Source: Takakia lepidozioides (taxonomy: Eukaryota > Plantae > Bryophyta). From it: a stretch of 64,000 nt of DNA. Below, piece after piece: positions 27,118 to 39,859 of the stretch. Under the pieces are notes generated by a model. That model worked only from the letters and a program-made list of their open reading frames with translations. It was not told the DNA's origin and did no database searches. The stretch spans positions 63,178,001-63,242,000 of the forward strand of contig CM060732.1 of assembly GCA_030704615.1 (NCBI GenBank), in the 5' to 3' direction. A program made the position numbers and the translations under genes. Positions within the stretch are counted from its first letter, which is position 1. Each line of letters begins with the position of its first letter.

Positions 27118-27537
27118 TGTTGTTTTTTCTGGTTGAAATCGCAGTGTGACCATGTTACTACAAGTCATCAAGAGTTACGAGTTACACTGATTTATTCCAT
27201 GACGGAATATCTAAGTCAGAGGCCAATTAGGTTACACTAGGATTTAACGGAGACATGCAGTTGGCCAAGGTGTTGCTACTGCGTACTATTTACGGATGGA
27301 TAGTGACAGCATTATTTTGAATTACTAGACTCCCACCAGCGCCGAGCAATCGTTACTACGAATAGTATTTAGGCTTACTACAGAGAGTCTTTGAGTTGCT
27401 GAAAACTTCTTTGTATGTTGATGCCTTATGGTGGAATTGCAGTAGTGTAAAGTGCTATGATACCATCGTGTGTTTTGATTGCCTGAATCTTTGAATTGCT
27501 GTTCTAGATAGTATTGTGTGCTTTGAGTTTTTCAACA
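27118..27537 (+). repeat. 3' LTR
   Basis: Direct repeat of 22400-22819, preceded by AGTGAGTGGAAG. Confidence 0.96.
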
Positions 27538-28034
27538 ATATGTCATGAGCTATTTGAAGTGGGTTTTATATAGCTTCCTGTTGTACCTAAATTAAATTTA
27601 CCATGTATCTGGGGATTGCTCCACAACTCAATCCATCTGCCAAATAATGACAACTGGTAGACAAATTTTTAAATCAAACGGGCCGTTTCTTAATTACACT
27701 GCTGGGCGATGACTAGTATCTCTTAAAGATATTGACAATATTTAGTGCCACCAGCAGTGTGTGCTTCATCAACAATCACCAACTGGCAACTTTCCACTCT
27801 AACAGTACAGCAGTCGAAGGCCCAAACTACTCCGGTCCATATATCTTGAGCGCGGCACACCACCAACTCATTACAGTAGTCCTTCATAGTACTCTTTGAC
27901 AATAACCAGGACACTTTTGGGAGGATCCAGTAGGTCAAATGCAGGGAGAAAACCACTCTCACGTTGCTTATCTTTTAAGGGCTTTTCATCACACGAAATA
28001 AAAGTGAAATTCAGTAGGATATTATCACAGTTGG

Positions 28035-28415
28035 TTGATTCTATTACTACTTTAATTCACAAGAATTCCAGCCTTGGGAATTAACTGGCCAGTCTTGGCC
28101 AGGAGCCCGACTGACCACTCAATTTTGCGTCCTTTTGAACCCAGCACAAGTCACTGGAAAGGTTATCAACTTTTAAATAGCAACTCTGCTCTAATTCAGT
28201 ATCCTCCTTGCAGTAATCTGCCCGGGCGATACAAAACGATAATGCAGAAAGATTGTGTACGGTTCAACTACCAAAGGCTCTGGAGCTCCAAAACTACTGG
28301 CAAAGGTTCCTAGTTCCTACCTGCAGAACGATGGAACTTCGGTGGTCCGTGATGGATCGTAAAACACTGTGTGGGCCAGCTACACAGTTGGAGCTGCTGA
28401 TGTCATAGCAATGGC
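28035..28415 (+). pseudogene. Decayed copy of the bulb-type lectin gene at 37764-38294
   Basis: Colinear nucleotide similarity (TTGATTCTATTACTACTTT, CCAGTCTTGGCCAGGAGCC, CCTTTTGAACCCAGCAC, GCAGAAAGATTG, CTCTGGAGCTCCAAAACT, GCAGAACGATGGAA) with indels and stops. Confidence 0.88.
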
Positions 28416-29169
28416 TCAGGGATCTGTACTTGAAGCTTTTATAATGTGTAAGTGTTGGTCAGCTGATCGACCTATCCTTCATGACTTTGAGTTTGTAGAT
28501 ATAGTTATACGACTTTGAGACTATGACCATTTTTGTTTTTCAAAAAAATACTAAAAGAAAAGATGGCCGGTATTCATGAAAATTATTTATAGGGCAATTG
28601 TATGATTTATAGGTTGTCAGATATTTTACATATTATTACTTGATGTAGAGGAAGGACCACAGATAGCCACAGATAGCCACAGATAGCCACGGATTCAACT
28701 ACGTAATTAGCCAAGGACTCACTTAGAATGGAGTGTGGGCTGGATGGGACACCGCCCCTCTTACTATCGTTACTGCTGGTGTAAGAGGGGGAGCACATTG
28801 CCACAACACTCACGTTCTCAAAGAAAACCTCAAACTTTCGTTAAAATACACCAACCCACTCCTAGGCACCCTACACTACACATCTATTATGTCACTTACA
28901 GCCTTCATCCTCAACAAAAGAAAGATCGAAAGTGGCCAGCTTGCCACTAGTAACTGGTTTTGGTTCTGATAGAGCCCACCCCCCAAAGGGGGCAGTACCT
29001 GCAAAGGGAAGAGGCTCTTATTTACGCAAGCTACTAGGCTGTTCTCACACAGGTACGTCCTACCCTCATAGCCGCCCCCGACTTGCTTTTGATCGGCCCA
29101 AGACCTACCTAGGTGGGTTTGCCTATGCAGCTTTGGCCAGGCCCATCATACGCACACTAGGGTGACAAT

Positions 29170-30678
29170 CAATGTTGTATTGGTATTGGTATTGGTGTTC
29201 AACCCGGGTATCAATAATGGGTATCAACCAGTGTTGTGCGGGTCCGGGTTTTGAAGGCGGGTATCCGGCGGGTTAGGATCCGGGTTACCCGCACCCGCAC
29301 CCGGACCGGGGCTATCACAAAAAACCCGGACTCTGACCCAGGTTCATATTAGAAATGAACCCGGAACCGGACCCGCTGCCATTAAACCCGCTACCCGCGA
29401 GCCAATGTAGCGGGTCTGGGTCTTAATTTTAGATGGGCCATGCAGGGTCCACCTTAGATCGGGTAGGTTTTGTCATATGTGTGGAGGGGACGAGTAGCAA
29501 TAGGCCACTCCAGCAGCAGCCAGCCCATAATTTACACCTCCCAAAGGAGGCGTCTTATAATATTATTAGGCCAGATCCCACACATCCATGCTATAGTGAT
29601 CTATCCTTGAGGCATATTACTATTCTTAACATGTTTAAAGAATTGATATTGAAAAAAGAAAATGGAACTCAAACTTCTATTTTAATTCTTGTGTTAAATG
29701 AGCAATACATATTCATGGTATATTTTGAAGGAATGTCTCTTAAAATAAAATTCATTATTAGGATTTAAAGTTTTTTCCAGCCAAAAATAATTTTATCCCT
29801 AATTAATCTTATTTTTCTAATTTGTTTAATCAATTAATTAGGACCCGGATCCGAACCCGTGAACCCGCTAATATTTCCCAACAACTACCCGGACCCTAAC
29901 CCGAGTCCGTGTTGACATACCCGGACACGGATTTTCCAAATTTCAAAACCCGGATCCGGACCCGGACTTGGCTCCAGAAAAAAACCCGGACCCGGACCCG
30001 GCGGGTTCCTTAAAAAGGCAGGACCCGCACAACACTGGTATCAACCTACCTACCAGTCGAGTAGGTCTGGTGGCAATACCTAGGTTCGACCCGAGTCACC
30101 CTAATATCACTCCAAGCTCTACCATGTTGATACAGACAACAGGCTTGCATTCTTCCTGCGATACCAGTATTGAGACATAGATTGGCCCAAGAAAATTAGT
30201 GAATCCAGGGTAGGGTTTTTCACATTATGACGCTAGGTTTTTTCACATGATCTTCTATGGTGGCTCCATAGAAGATCAGATTTAGGCCTTTCTACTAATC
30301 AGATTAGCATACTCTAACTTTCTGCAACTACAACAATGTATTGGCATATGTCTATGAATTCAAATTGTCTCTTTTGGGACAAATTTCCTTGCATTCAAGC
30401 TTTGTATGTATGTTTTTGTTTGTATACTCAAGTTGTATGTTTGTGATTTGGCTTGTCCTTCTCTCTTGTGCGGTGCATGTTTCTGTTTTGGTTTGGCTTT
30501 CAGGTTTTGTATGATGGGTGCAAAAACTATTGATACCCGGGTTGATATACCCCTGGTACTGCAAAAAATTACCCCCCATTATTGATACCATACTTAGGTT
30601 GATACCCTGGTTCTAATTTCACAAAGCAAGACCCAGACCGGACTGGTACATTAAAAATTCAATACCAGTACACCACTG
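29170..30678. mobile_element. Older non-autonomous hAT element (MITE) hosting a nested insertion
   Basis: Imperfect TIRs CAATGTTGTATTGGTATTG / CAATACCAGTACACCACTG. Flanks GTGACAAT / GTTACGAT match at 6 of 8 positions. Subterminal GGTATCAA/TTGATACC motifs. Confidence 0.7.
29229..30037. mobile_element. Non-autonomous hAT element (MITE), nested
   Basis: Perfect 17-bp TIR CAGTGTTGTGCGGGTCC. Perfect 8-bp TSD GTATCAAC at 29221-29228 and 30038-30045. Clusters of ACCCG/CCCGGA subterminal repeats around an AT-rich core. Confidence 0.93.
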
Positions 30679-30735
30679 GTTACGATCTCCCAAGGCCCGC
30701 CAAAGATCCTACACAACCGGGTTAGAGGTGTGGAC

Positions 30736-31198
30736 CAGTGTTGGGCGGTTCTTAGTTTTTTTTAATATCCGCCGGGTCCGGATACTTGACAGATTAGCGA
30801 ATGATATATCCTGTGGATCTGGATATTAGAATAATCTGCATTTCTAATATCCGTCCGGATATTCATATTATAATATCCGGCGGTTATAGAGTAATCCGGA
30901 TATATGAATTATAAAAACAATATTTCTTAATCATTACAATTCTAATAAAGATATTAATTAATTATGAATATTCTATTTTATTTTCTTAACCCTTCTTATA
31001 TCCGGTTGAGATCCGGTGTTTTGGCTAAATATCCGGATACAATCTGGTTAATAATCCTTTTTATATCCGACGGGTAGGATCCTATCCAGATCCTCTGTTT
31101 TATGTATCAGCCGGATATAAATAATAGTCGGATATCAAATAGCTGCTAGATCCGGATCCGGATCCACTGGTATCCAGATCATTATCTGCCCAACACTG
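30736..31198. mobile_element. Non-autonomous hAT element (MITE)
   Basis: TIR CAGTGTTGGGC. Perfect 8-bp TSD GTGTGGAC at 30728-30735 and 31199-31206. Many ATCCG/CGGAT subterminal motifs. Confidence 0.92.
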
Positions 31199-32689
31199 GT
31201 GTGGACAAACCCGAGTTGGTGATGGCTAGTGAATGATGGTAGGGTCATAGATACTATTGTTGAGCGACATCGATTTTCAAATGAATGAGGGTTTAGGGGT
31301 TTGGTGGTGGCCGCGCCGGTGGATTGGCCAATTCAAGTATTAAATTTTTTTGTGCAATGATCAATAACATCATTGAAGGAAATGAAGATCAACTCATTGA
31401 GAGTTTTAGACTTTTTGAGAAGGAAATTTGAGATGCACTCTATGAATGCACATAATGAGTTTGATTCACTTATTTATGTATTATGGCTTATGTTTAAAAC
31501 TTTGAAGTTTGAACTAGATAGTTGCATTGATTTTTTAATTTAAGCGGGTTTTTTTTTCTAGATGAACTTAACCCATTCAAACCAGAAGTTGGAGTCGTAT
31601 ATATCGTGACATGCCTTTACAAATGATTGGCAAGCTTCTATAAGAACAAGCCCTTTATATCCATGTCCGGCAAGGAAAAAATGAGTACAAATAATGCATG
31701 AATGCTGGACAACAAAAATCTATGACGTGTTGCTTGCAGATGTTGACAAGAGAAATTTGAGATTCCATCTTTTTCATTTGCCGGAATTGCCATTATTGGT
31801 TTCCTGGATTTTGAAGTTCAAACTTCTTCTTGCATTGCCAACTCCAGCTGCAACATAAGCTTATGCATTACTGACATGGTGCATGTACTAACATGTCGAC
31901 ATGGTTCTACTCTTAAGCGCAAATTATAATACATGCAACATCAGACAACTCACCAGTACATGAAAAAAAAAAAAACCAACATAGTCCAAAGTGATCTCCA
32001 CATCTCTTCTCTGTTTGTTGTGTTGTTAGGGAGCCTTGAGCTACAAATATTTTTTGAATCTCAAACCTCCTTCCTCTTCCATTGGGAATTAAACCAAATA
32101 TTCTTTTACCATAGATTGTCTCTTTTGTTTGGAATTGGAAAAATCGTTATTTTAGAAAACCATTAAATTTTATATTAATTGAAATAACTATCCATACTCG
32201 GAAACTATTCATACCCTCATGGTATATTTTGGCATACATATCCTTACCCGGAGGTTATATGGAAATCTGAAAAGCTAATTTATCTATTCCCGGAGGGTAA
32301 ATAAATTTGTAAGATTTCAATTTATTCAGACCCGGAGGATAAATGATTTGACAAAATTAGTTTACTTATAATACCCTACGGATATATTGAAATACCCACC
32401 CAACACTGTTCTAAACAAGAATCAACATAAGCAAGATTTGGAGGTATGGACAAGGTTTGGAGTGCAGCTGCCTCTCTCCTATATACTACGTACCTTACTT
32501 ACTTAGCACAAAAAAATCTAAACCCTTCCACTTACTTATAAAGTGCGCGATTCAGAAGAGGGGTCTGACAATGCCGTGGCTGCGTATCCACAAAGGATGC
32601 ATATGAAAATGTATTTTTTACTATTCATAAATATTTGTCTCGTAGTCAAATTTGAAGCATATAATTCTGGTTTCGAATTGTGGAATTAT

Positions 32690-34066
32690 ATTTGCAAGTG
32701 TTGCAAAATCTGATTTCTATTGAAGGTGTCATGTATCGCTCACAAGGTATGCAGAGTGGTGGAGATGTGGCAAGAAGTAGACGTCGTCTTATCTTCTTGG
32801 AATCTAAGAATACCAATGCATCCTCGGAGGATGTCCCCGAAGTCCAAGTATTTAAAGGTATTATATATATATGTCTATATTGAATCCATTAGCTTAATTC
32901 TAACTTTGGAATGGTTGTTTATAGAGGACGACCGACAAAAGTTGAATGTGGAGCAGGTGAATATGAATGCTTAGAAACAAATGCTACTTCAAAAGCTGAA
33001 GAACGTTACAGATAAGCAAATGAGGCTGATCACAGATCACTGATTTACGCTAGAATGTGCGTCTTGTTATGGAAGTTGCAATAAAACTCCATAAATTTGT
33101 TGATTAGCAGGACATCAAGATAATTTCCTTCATAGTCTTTCATTCAATTTGGTTGAGCGATTTCATTTTTATATTTAGAAATCACTAGATTATCAAACTA
33201 ACAAATCTCATTTGTTTAATAGAGCAGCACAAAATGAAAAGACATAGCTCGAAGTTTGATACTTGGATTTTGAGCAACTAGCTCCATATATCCATAATAT
33301 GTAATCAGAGACGAAATCATGCGCGCCTTCAACATAGATTTGACAGATGCAAGCGTTAAGAAGTTTACTGAGTGAGGAAATCAAACGGATACAAAGTTTG
33401 GTTTGAAAAAACCAATCTTTCACTATTTGTGAGATCATAAGGGAAAAATCACTGGAAACTTGCACTCATCATCTTGCTATTGCAAAACCAAGATGAGGCT
33501 ATGTTGCATCTTTTGTCACAAATGACAGATGAAGTTGAATCCTGATTTCACGGACCATTTGTGGCGTGTTGATTGAGACGATCATTTTGAATCAGTTGCA
33601 GTGTATGCGGTCCCTAATCATGAAAGGATCGATCCTCTATAGTCTCCTGCCCCCTTCTTGACGACTTGGTGAAGAACCTCGGTAATATTCATTCAAACAC
33701 GACTTAGACGAACTATAAACCCTTCTGTCGCTTTGTCAGAAGCCTTCCGGCCGACCACGTTGAAGGCCCATGTCGATCGAAGGGAACCACATTCTTGTTG
33801 TCTATTTCTCCAAAAAGATTAATCAAATTCCATACCGGCACAAACCGTGGCCCAATAAAAGACTTGTGCTCGATGTTGTGAACTGCGTGCAGGTAGAGCT
33901 TGTCCACATTATCAACCTCACGATTAAGCACCTCAATGTAGCTTTGAGGAGCTCTATCGGAAATCCAAACGACATCAATGGTAGATTCAATGTGATTCCA
34001 AGAGGGAATATCATCCTCATAAATGTCACCACATAAGTAAATACTAAAATAATTGTTTATTTCCAT
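32690..34066 (-). pseudogene. Highly decayed hAT (DUF659-type) transposase remnant
   Basis: Minus-strand peptides occur in the expected order. GEIDNKNVV..SAGRLLTKR resembles EEIGxENVVQ..AAGRLL; QIVKDWFF..LISSLSKLL follows; KKIRRRLLLATS..PCER resembles the hAT dimerization CER motif. Recognition is by eye only. Confidence 0.45.
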
Positions 34067-37000
34067 TTATAAATATATTCATCAGTTCATCACATAGGTT
34101 TGTTCAAACAATCTTAATGCATAAGTTGTACCTCATAACCTTCTTGGATTATCACACACGAAGTCAAACAATAATGAAAACATAAATTGCTCATTTCCAA
34201 ATGGATTGATCTTAGTGGTTCATATGCACAATATACACTGTACATACCCATATATTTGATCTCAGTCACATTAATCAGATCTAAAGACTATGAATTCACA
34301 TAAACTAGATCATTGCATGAAATTCACCTAAAAATTAATTATTTCAGCGGTTCCAAGATTGTACTCTAACACTCGTGAAATATCTGTAGCTTTTGATGGT
34401 GTGAAGAAATATTGGATACTGATACTATAGGCAATATTGCTAACAACACGTGTCCCTCTTCTTGTGGTCTCAACTCACAAGCTATGATCAGTGATAGCCT
34501 GTCTGGCTGTTAGTAGTGCATTTTGGGGCTTGGAGTGGCTAGGTGGTAAAGTCACAACAACAATAACATGAACACAGCAAGCTTAAGGCAACAGAATTTG
34601 AATGTGAACATTGAGACCAAAGTAATTTTCATGCCAATTGTTTCTCTCACATACAGAGTTTGATACTATGAGCATGAGTTTGATCTAAACAAAGAGACTC
34701 TTCCCGTCGAAGCCAACATCTACAGATAAGAGTTACTTCACATTTCATACATGGGTCTTCTCCTAGCTGATGTCAGTTGGACAACATTCCACCAATACAC
34801 AACTTGCCTTACTTAATTGAAAATTCAAAGGATATACTGTCACATTTCCATTGTTTGACAAAGATGTTATATCACTATACAATATTAACCCCTAAATGCC
34901 AGACCGACCCAAATTGGGTCGGTACCTTTATTGCGAAGACGGTATCTTTTGCGGATGAAGTCCGATGAACCTGCAGCCTCAACGAATAAGATGCCTTTGG
35001 AAGACATGTGTCCAAAGCACTAATGCGTGTAAGGCACTAATGCGTGCCCACATACAATAATAATTCAGTAGGCCAAAAAATGACATATATTGCATGTGGG
35101 TCAGCCATTTGCATGGTTGTGAGGCGGCCACGGCAGTTGACCGTGGTATGTGGTAGTCGGAAACGGGTAGGTGGTTGCCTGAATTGGCATTCAGTATAAT
35201 TCTTGGTACTCTGTAAATCTCAGCAGTTTGCTTGATATTTTCATTGAATTTTTTGGCAGCCATGTTTGTATGTTTGACTTTCATAAGTTGACTTATGGAA
35301 TTGGAATTCTATAGAGATGTGTATACCTCAGGATCAAAAATATATGGTTTCATTGAAAACCAGGATTTTCACCCCTCCCATTGCACATACAAAAGATCCC
35401 CTCAATCATTTTCGAGGTGACCTCTAAATTTTGGAGGCAGTATCATATAGTACATTCCTAACAACTACATCTGAATGCAAGGCTTTCAAAATTGTGGGAA
35501 CATCCCAAAGATACATGGTCAAACCTGTAAATTTTGGGAGGACTCTAAAGTGTGAGCTTGAGCCCCCGTGAGCCTGACTATGAGGGCCTAATTCCACGGA
35601 AGACAAACCCATAACCGCTGAAATAGGCCTCACATATGGGATGACAACACCAATTGAAATAGAGAACAGAACCCAAATTGCAACACTGAATGACGTAAAA
35701 TTGCAGACGTTGACGACCGTAATGTAAGACGTGTTTTTTTTTGTTTTTTTGTTTTTTTGTTTTTTTGTTTTTTGCGATAGTCATGCAGAAATGCGGACGA
35801 CTGCAACTCAGGATGGCTCCCATCACCAAAACGTTAAAAATAATTAAAAAAAAATAAAAAAAATCCAAAAATATATAGTTGTTGACGACCGCAATTTAGG
35901 ACGGCTCCTATCCCAACAAAATAACTAGATAAGTAAAACACATTGTTGGGGGAGCCGTTTTTGACTGGACGTGATATATTCATGATATATTCAAACTTGA
36001 ATTTCACATCATTTATGCTTGCAAACCAGAACTCATCACATGTATGTATAATGTATATGGGGCCGATGTTAAAATTAATCTTTGTATGCAAGAAATGGCT
36101 CGTATAGAATTGGTTAATGCACCCTAGTGGGGAAGTTAGGGCAATTCGCACAATTCGAGCAATTTCAACATAAAATGATGATGATGCAACCCTATTCATG
36201 CTCCATGCTTGACTTTTCAATCGTCTCTAGAATATACTTAGATTCACTTGATCGTATTGGTAGCCGTCGTACTTAAATTAACATAGAAAATTAGATTACT
36301 TTCAAATTAAGTTTGCAGGACGGGCCGTTGTCCCAGTTTGGTTTTTTCAAGAAAAGGCTCAAGGCCCATTTATCTTTTTTTGGAATTATTTGACATTTTT
36401 TATTGGCCCATAGGTCTCATGGCTCAGAACAGTTTTTCCTCAAGGATCTTAATCCGCTAGGTAGTGGTATCTAGAAGTGTGCTTTTAAGCAGTGTACACT
36501 GTTGAAAGGGTCCGTTGTCACAAAAATTACATGAGCATAATAGCAAATGAAGCAACAATCACTTGTGCAAAGTACATAATTTTCCAATCACGGATGTATT
36601 ATATATGAATTACCAAAGTCAAAGTACATATTCTCCCACTTCTGCTTAGTAGGTCCCTCCTGTAATGCCATGTATTCTTCCCTGATATGCGCATTAAGGT
36701 GCCTTGAGTGCACCTACACCTTTTCCAAAAAAGTACCAAAACGAGATCATGTGTGGCCCAGAAGTACTTGTCTCCCAACACAAAATTTGGCGCATCTATC
36801 TATGAAAGGACCGAGGACTTTCCTTGCATGGATCGTGGATGACGATCTGTGCAAAATCTGACCATACCTGTACCAAGTAGGACCCCTAAGTCTGCCATGA
36901 GTTGACCTATAACTGCTCAAACATGGCCATCTCAGAACCCTAAACTAGCCTACCCCCTGGACAAAGCTGGAAGACTCTAAGGCTCCCTCATTTCCATTCT

Positions 37001-37252
37001 TCCGCCATCCCTTGGACAGCTGAAGCATGATAAAATGTATGCACTGCAGCAGTATATAAAGTGAACTATGCATCCCATTTGTATTCATGTCTGGCTGCTA
37101 TATTAACTGGCCATCATTTGTCCCAAAACACTCGCCTCCACTTTCAACAACGAATGAGGAATTTGAAATGAGAATCACTGGCGGCTTTGTAATTAGCTTC
37201 ACTAATCCACCATTAAATAAGCCCTTGTATTCCCAAAACACCCCATATCCTA

Positions 37253-37320
37253 CCTAATCCAAAGCAATAATTAACCTTGAACTGTCCCTAATCCAAAGCA
37301 ATAATTAACCTTGAACTGTC
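37253..37320. repeat. Perfect 34-bp tandem duplication upstream of the lectin gene
   Basis: CCTAATCCAAAGCAATAATTAACCTTGAACTGTC occurs twice in tandem. Confidence 0.95.
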
Positions 37321-37763
37321 TCCATTGCAGAAATGCGCAGTACTGGGATGAAAACGGTGACTTCATTCATCAGAATAGGGGACAGAATAAGGCAACGCAC
37401 ACTTCTAGATGCCACTAATTGTGCCGGCAATGTGGATGGGGTCATTTGTAGGGTCAATAGGCGCCACTGTCATTATTACAAAAATATCATAGATATTTTT
37501 CCTTTTCTTTTTAGAGTTTTAGGTGTTTATTGTTGTCTTACATTTGAGGACAAGGGTATAATGGAGTTTTGTGGATAAATAGGCGTAGAGTTATGAGAAA
37601 GACTGGAAAGGGTGGCGCAGCTGCCACATTTGTTCACACACGTTAGAATATCCTTGAAGGAATTCTATGTATAAGCAAGGTGATGAGGGAGGTTGTAGTA
37701 ATTTGATGGTCACTTTGGCTCTCACAAGAAGTCCTCCACAACGTTGCTGCATATGAAAAGAAC

Positions 37764-38294
37764 ATGGCCGGTGAGGACAAGTCTGGATTGATTCTATTAC
37801 TACTTTTCACACTAATTCCAGCCTTGGGAGTTAACCGGCCAGTCTTGGCCAGGAGCCTGGATGACCACTCAATATTCGCCCCTTTTGAACCCAGCACGAG
37901 TAACTGCAAAGGTCATCAAATTTTGGGCGAAGGAGGCCGTCTAAATAGGAACTCTGCTCTTCAGTATCCTCCCTGCAGTGATCTGCCCCATTATCAAACT
38001 GTAATGCAGAAAGATTGCAATCTGGTTGTGTACGATTTGTCAACTAACACACCGCTCTGGAGCTCCAAAACTGATGGCAAAGGTTCCAACTGCTATGCTA
38101 CCATGCAGAACGATGGAAATTTGGTGGTCTATGATGGATCGCAAACGGCTTTATTTGCCAGCGACACGGTTGGAGCTGGTGCTTGTCATATCAATGGAGG
38201 GGTCTATGATGCAGCTATGTACAATGATGGAAGACTTGTTGTGGCGTGTAATCTCAATGCCCAAGGCTGGACACAACTGTGGAGCAGTACTTGA
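37764..38294 (+). CDS. Secreted GNA-related (bulb-type, B-lectin) mannose-binding lectin, intronless
   Basis: Signal-peptide-like N-terminus. Two canonical QxDxNxVxY sites (QKDCNLVVY, QNDGNLVVY) and a degenerate third (YNDGRLVVA). LWSS motifs. Confidence 0.92.
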   Translation: MAGEDKSGLILLLLFTLIPALGVNRPVLARSLDDHSIFAPFEPSTSNCKGHQILGEGGRLNRNSALQYPPCSDLPHYQTVMQKDCNLVVYDLSTNTPLWSSKTDGKGSNCYATMQNDGNLVVYDGSQTALFASDTVGAGACHINGGVYDAAMYNDGRLVVACNLNAQGWTQLWSST

Positions 38295-39859
38295 TGATCT
38301 ATTATAGACCTTGCAGACTAACATTAACCTTTGTATGGCTTAATGTATTGGATACTGTTTTATGGGTTTTCCGCGCTGAGTGTAGCAAAATTAGTCTTGC
38401 AGGATGATTTGAAAGCTACAACAAATTGACTAGTGGAAAATGAGGAGTTGTGACTTAATAACATTTGTATATTATGGCATATTCTCTCCTCATCAACCTT
38501 TACTGGATATGTGATGTGCACCAGTATGCATGCGTCTAGTTCCGTTATCTGGTTTTGACAAACTTAGAGACGCCCTCAACTTTTGAGTATCTTAGAGAAC
38601 CTTACCGAGACAAATTTTACTTGTTATGATATAGTGGTATGAGTCGACAAGTTATAAGTCCAGCCGTTGTAGCCTGCGTATATCAGCACGCACTTCAAAC
38701 ACGGTATTATGGACTCACCTTCCGATGTATGTATATAAACAAATTACACAAGCAACTTGCTGGGAAGGTTATTATAGTGGGATAGATGGTTGGCATGGGG
38801 TGGAAATTCTAGCTTGTCGCTAGGGGATCAAGGTTGTAGTCAGTAGCACGGCCCTTTCACAAAAGATCAACACTTCTGCCATTGGAACAAGCTGCTAAGA
38901 CTCAAAAAGGACAGGCAAATAGGACACCAGACTGACTAGTCCCGAAATGCTATCACTATCACATCATTCCGCATTGTAACCACCTTCCAGGATCTGTAGA
39001 GCTTCATACAAAACAGGAAAGTAAGTCTAGCTCTAACCCTCTTATAACACAAACTCCCACGTTGCAAAGCTGCATAATTTGTCTCCCCCGCTAGGAAGAT
39101 ACAGCTTGTAGAGGTTGGAAATAGCATCCAAAGAGCGACGTGGATCGATCAATGAAGTGAGGAAGCAGATGATAAATGGATGAAAAGACAAGACAAGAAA
39201 GGAGAGAGAAGAGGCAGTAATCCTAGTTTATGTGGCACTTTCAAGTGAGATACAATTATAGAAAGTATTTCCCAGGCCAAGCTGGAGAGGAAACGCGCAT
39301 GGTGTTCAAGCTGGGAGAGCCTAGCTTCTAGAAGACACGTGAGGAAGGCTTGAAATCTAGCCATGTGAAGGATCGATGTTGGGGGGAGAATAGGTCCCTT
39401 GGAAAACCCCCTGAATCAGCAATCCAGCAGAAAAAATTTATTGGATCCATATAATTGCTTGATATCCCGACACAGCTTGAGAAATATAGTTGCCAGAAAG
39501 TGGAACTCGCTTCCATTGACTCGCTTTTCTTGCTTAATTAGTGACCAAACAAACATTTGCCGTCTGGCCACATAAGCTCCAGCACAGGTCTTCAGCAGCC
39601 AGACCCAGCTTCCTCAGTCAGAGCTTATACGAGCTGAATATGACAAGTGTCTTACCCAGCTTAGAAGATCACCCTGCACACTGCCACATGTGCAAGCAGA
39701 GCTCAAGCTTCTGGACAGGTACTTTCTTCCCTCCCCTTTCCCTCCACAAGCAAGATTCAGCCTGCAGGGTAAGGAGTTGGTTCCGGCCATATTCTCTGTA
39801 CAAACTGCTATTAGCGGAGAGATTGAAGTGTGGGTGGAGAAGTATTCAATCGAAACTCA

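Larger units (their letters stand above)
22400..27537 (+). mobile_element. Ty1/Copia LTR retrotransposon with both LTRs; gag-pol interrupted by stops and frameshifts
   Basis: 420-bp LTRs at 22400-22819 and 27118-27537 (TGTTG..CAACA, about 8 mismatches counted). 5-bp TSD ATATG at 22395-22399 and 27538-27542. Gag CCHC (CNTCGEVGHWERECT), protease WYSDSAASEHM, integrase (WHDRLGH..CEGC, DRGGEF, PEQNG) ahead of RT (KARLVAKGY, FVDDG) and RNase H (DADYAGD, TKHIDV). Purine-rich tract before the 3' LTR. Confidence 0.97.

Noticed and set aside
28658-28690. (CCACAGATAG)x3 and the TA-rich run at ~22295-22322
   Set aside because: Ordinary micro- or minisatellites with no supporting context.
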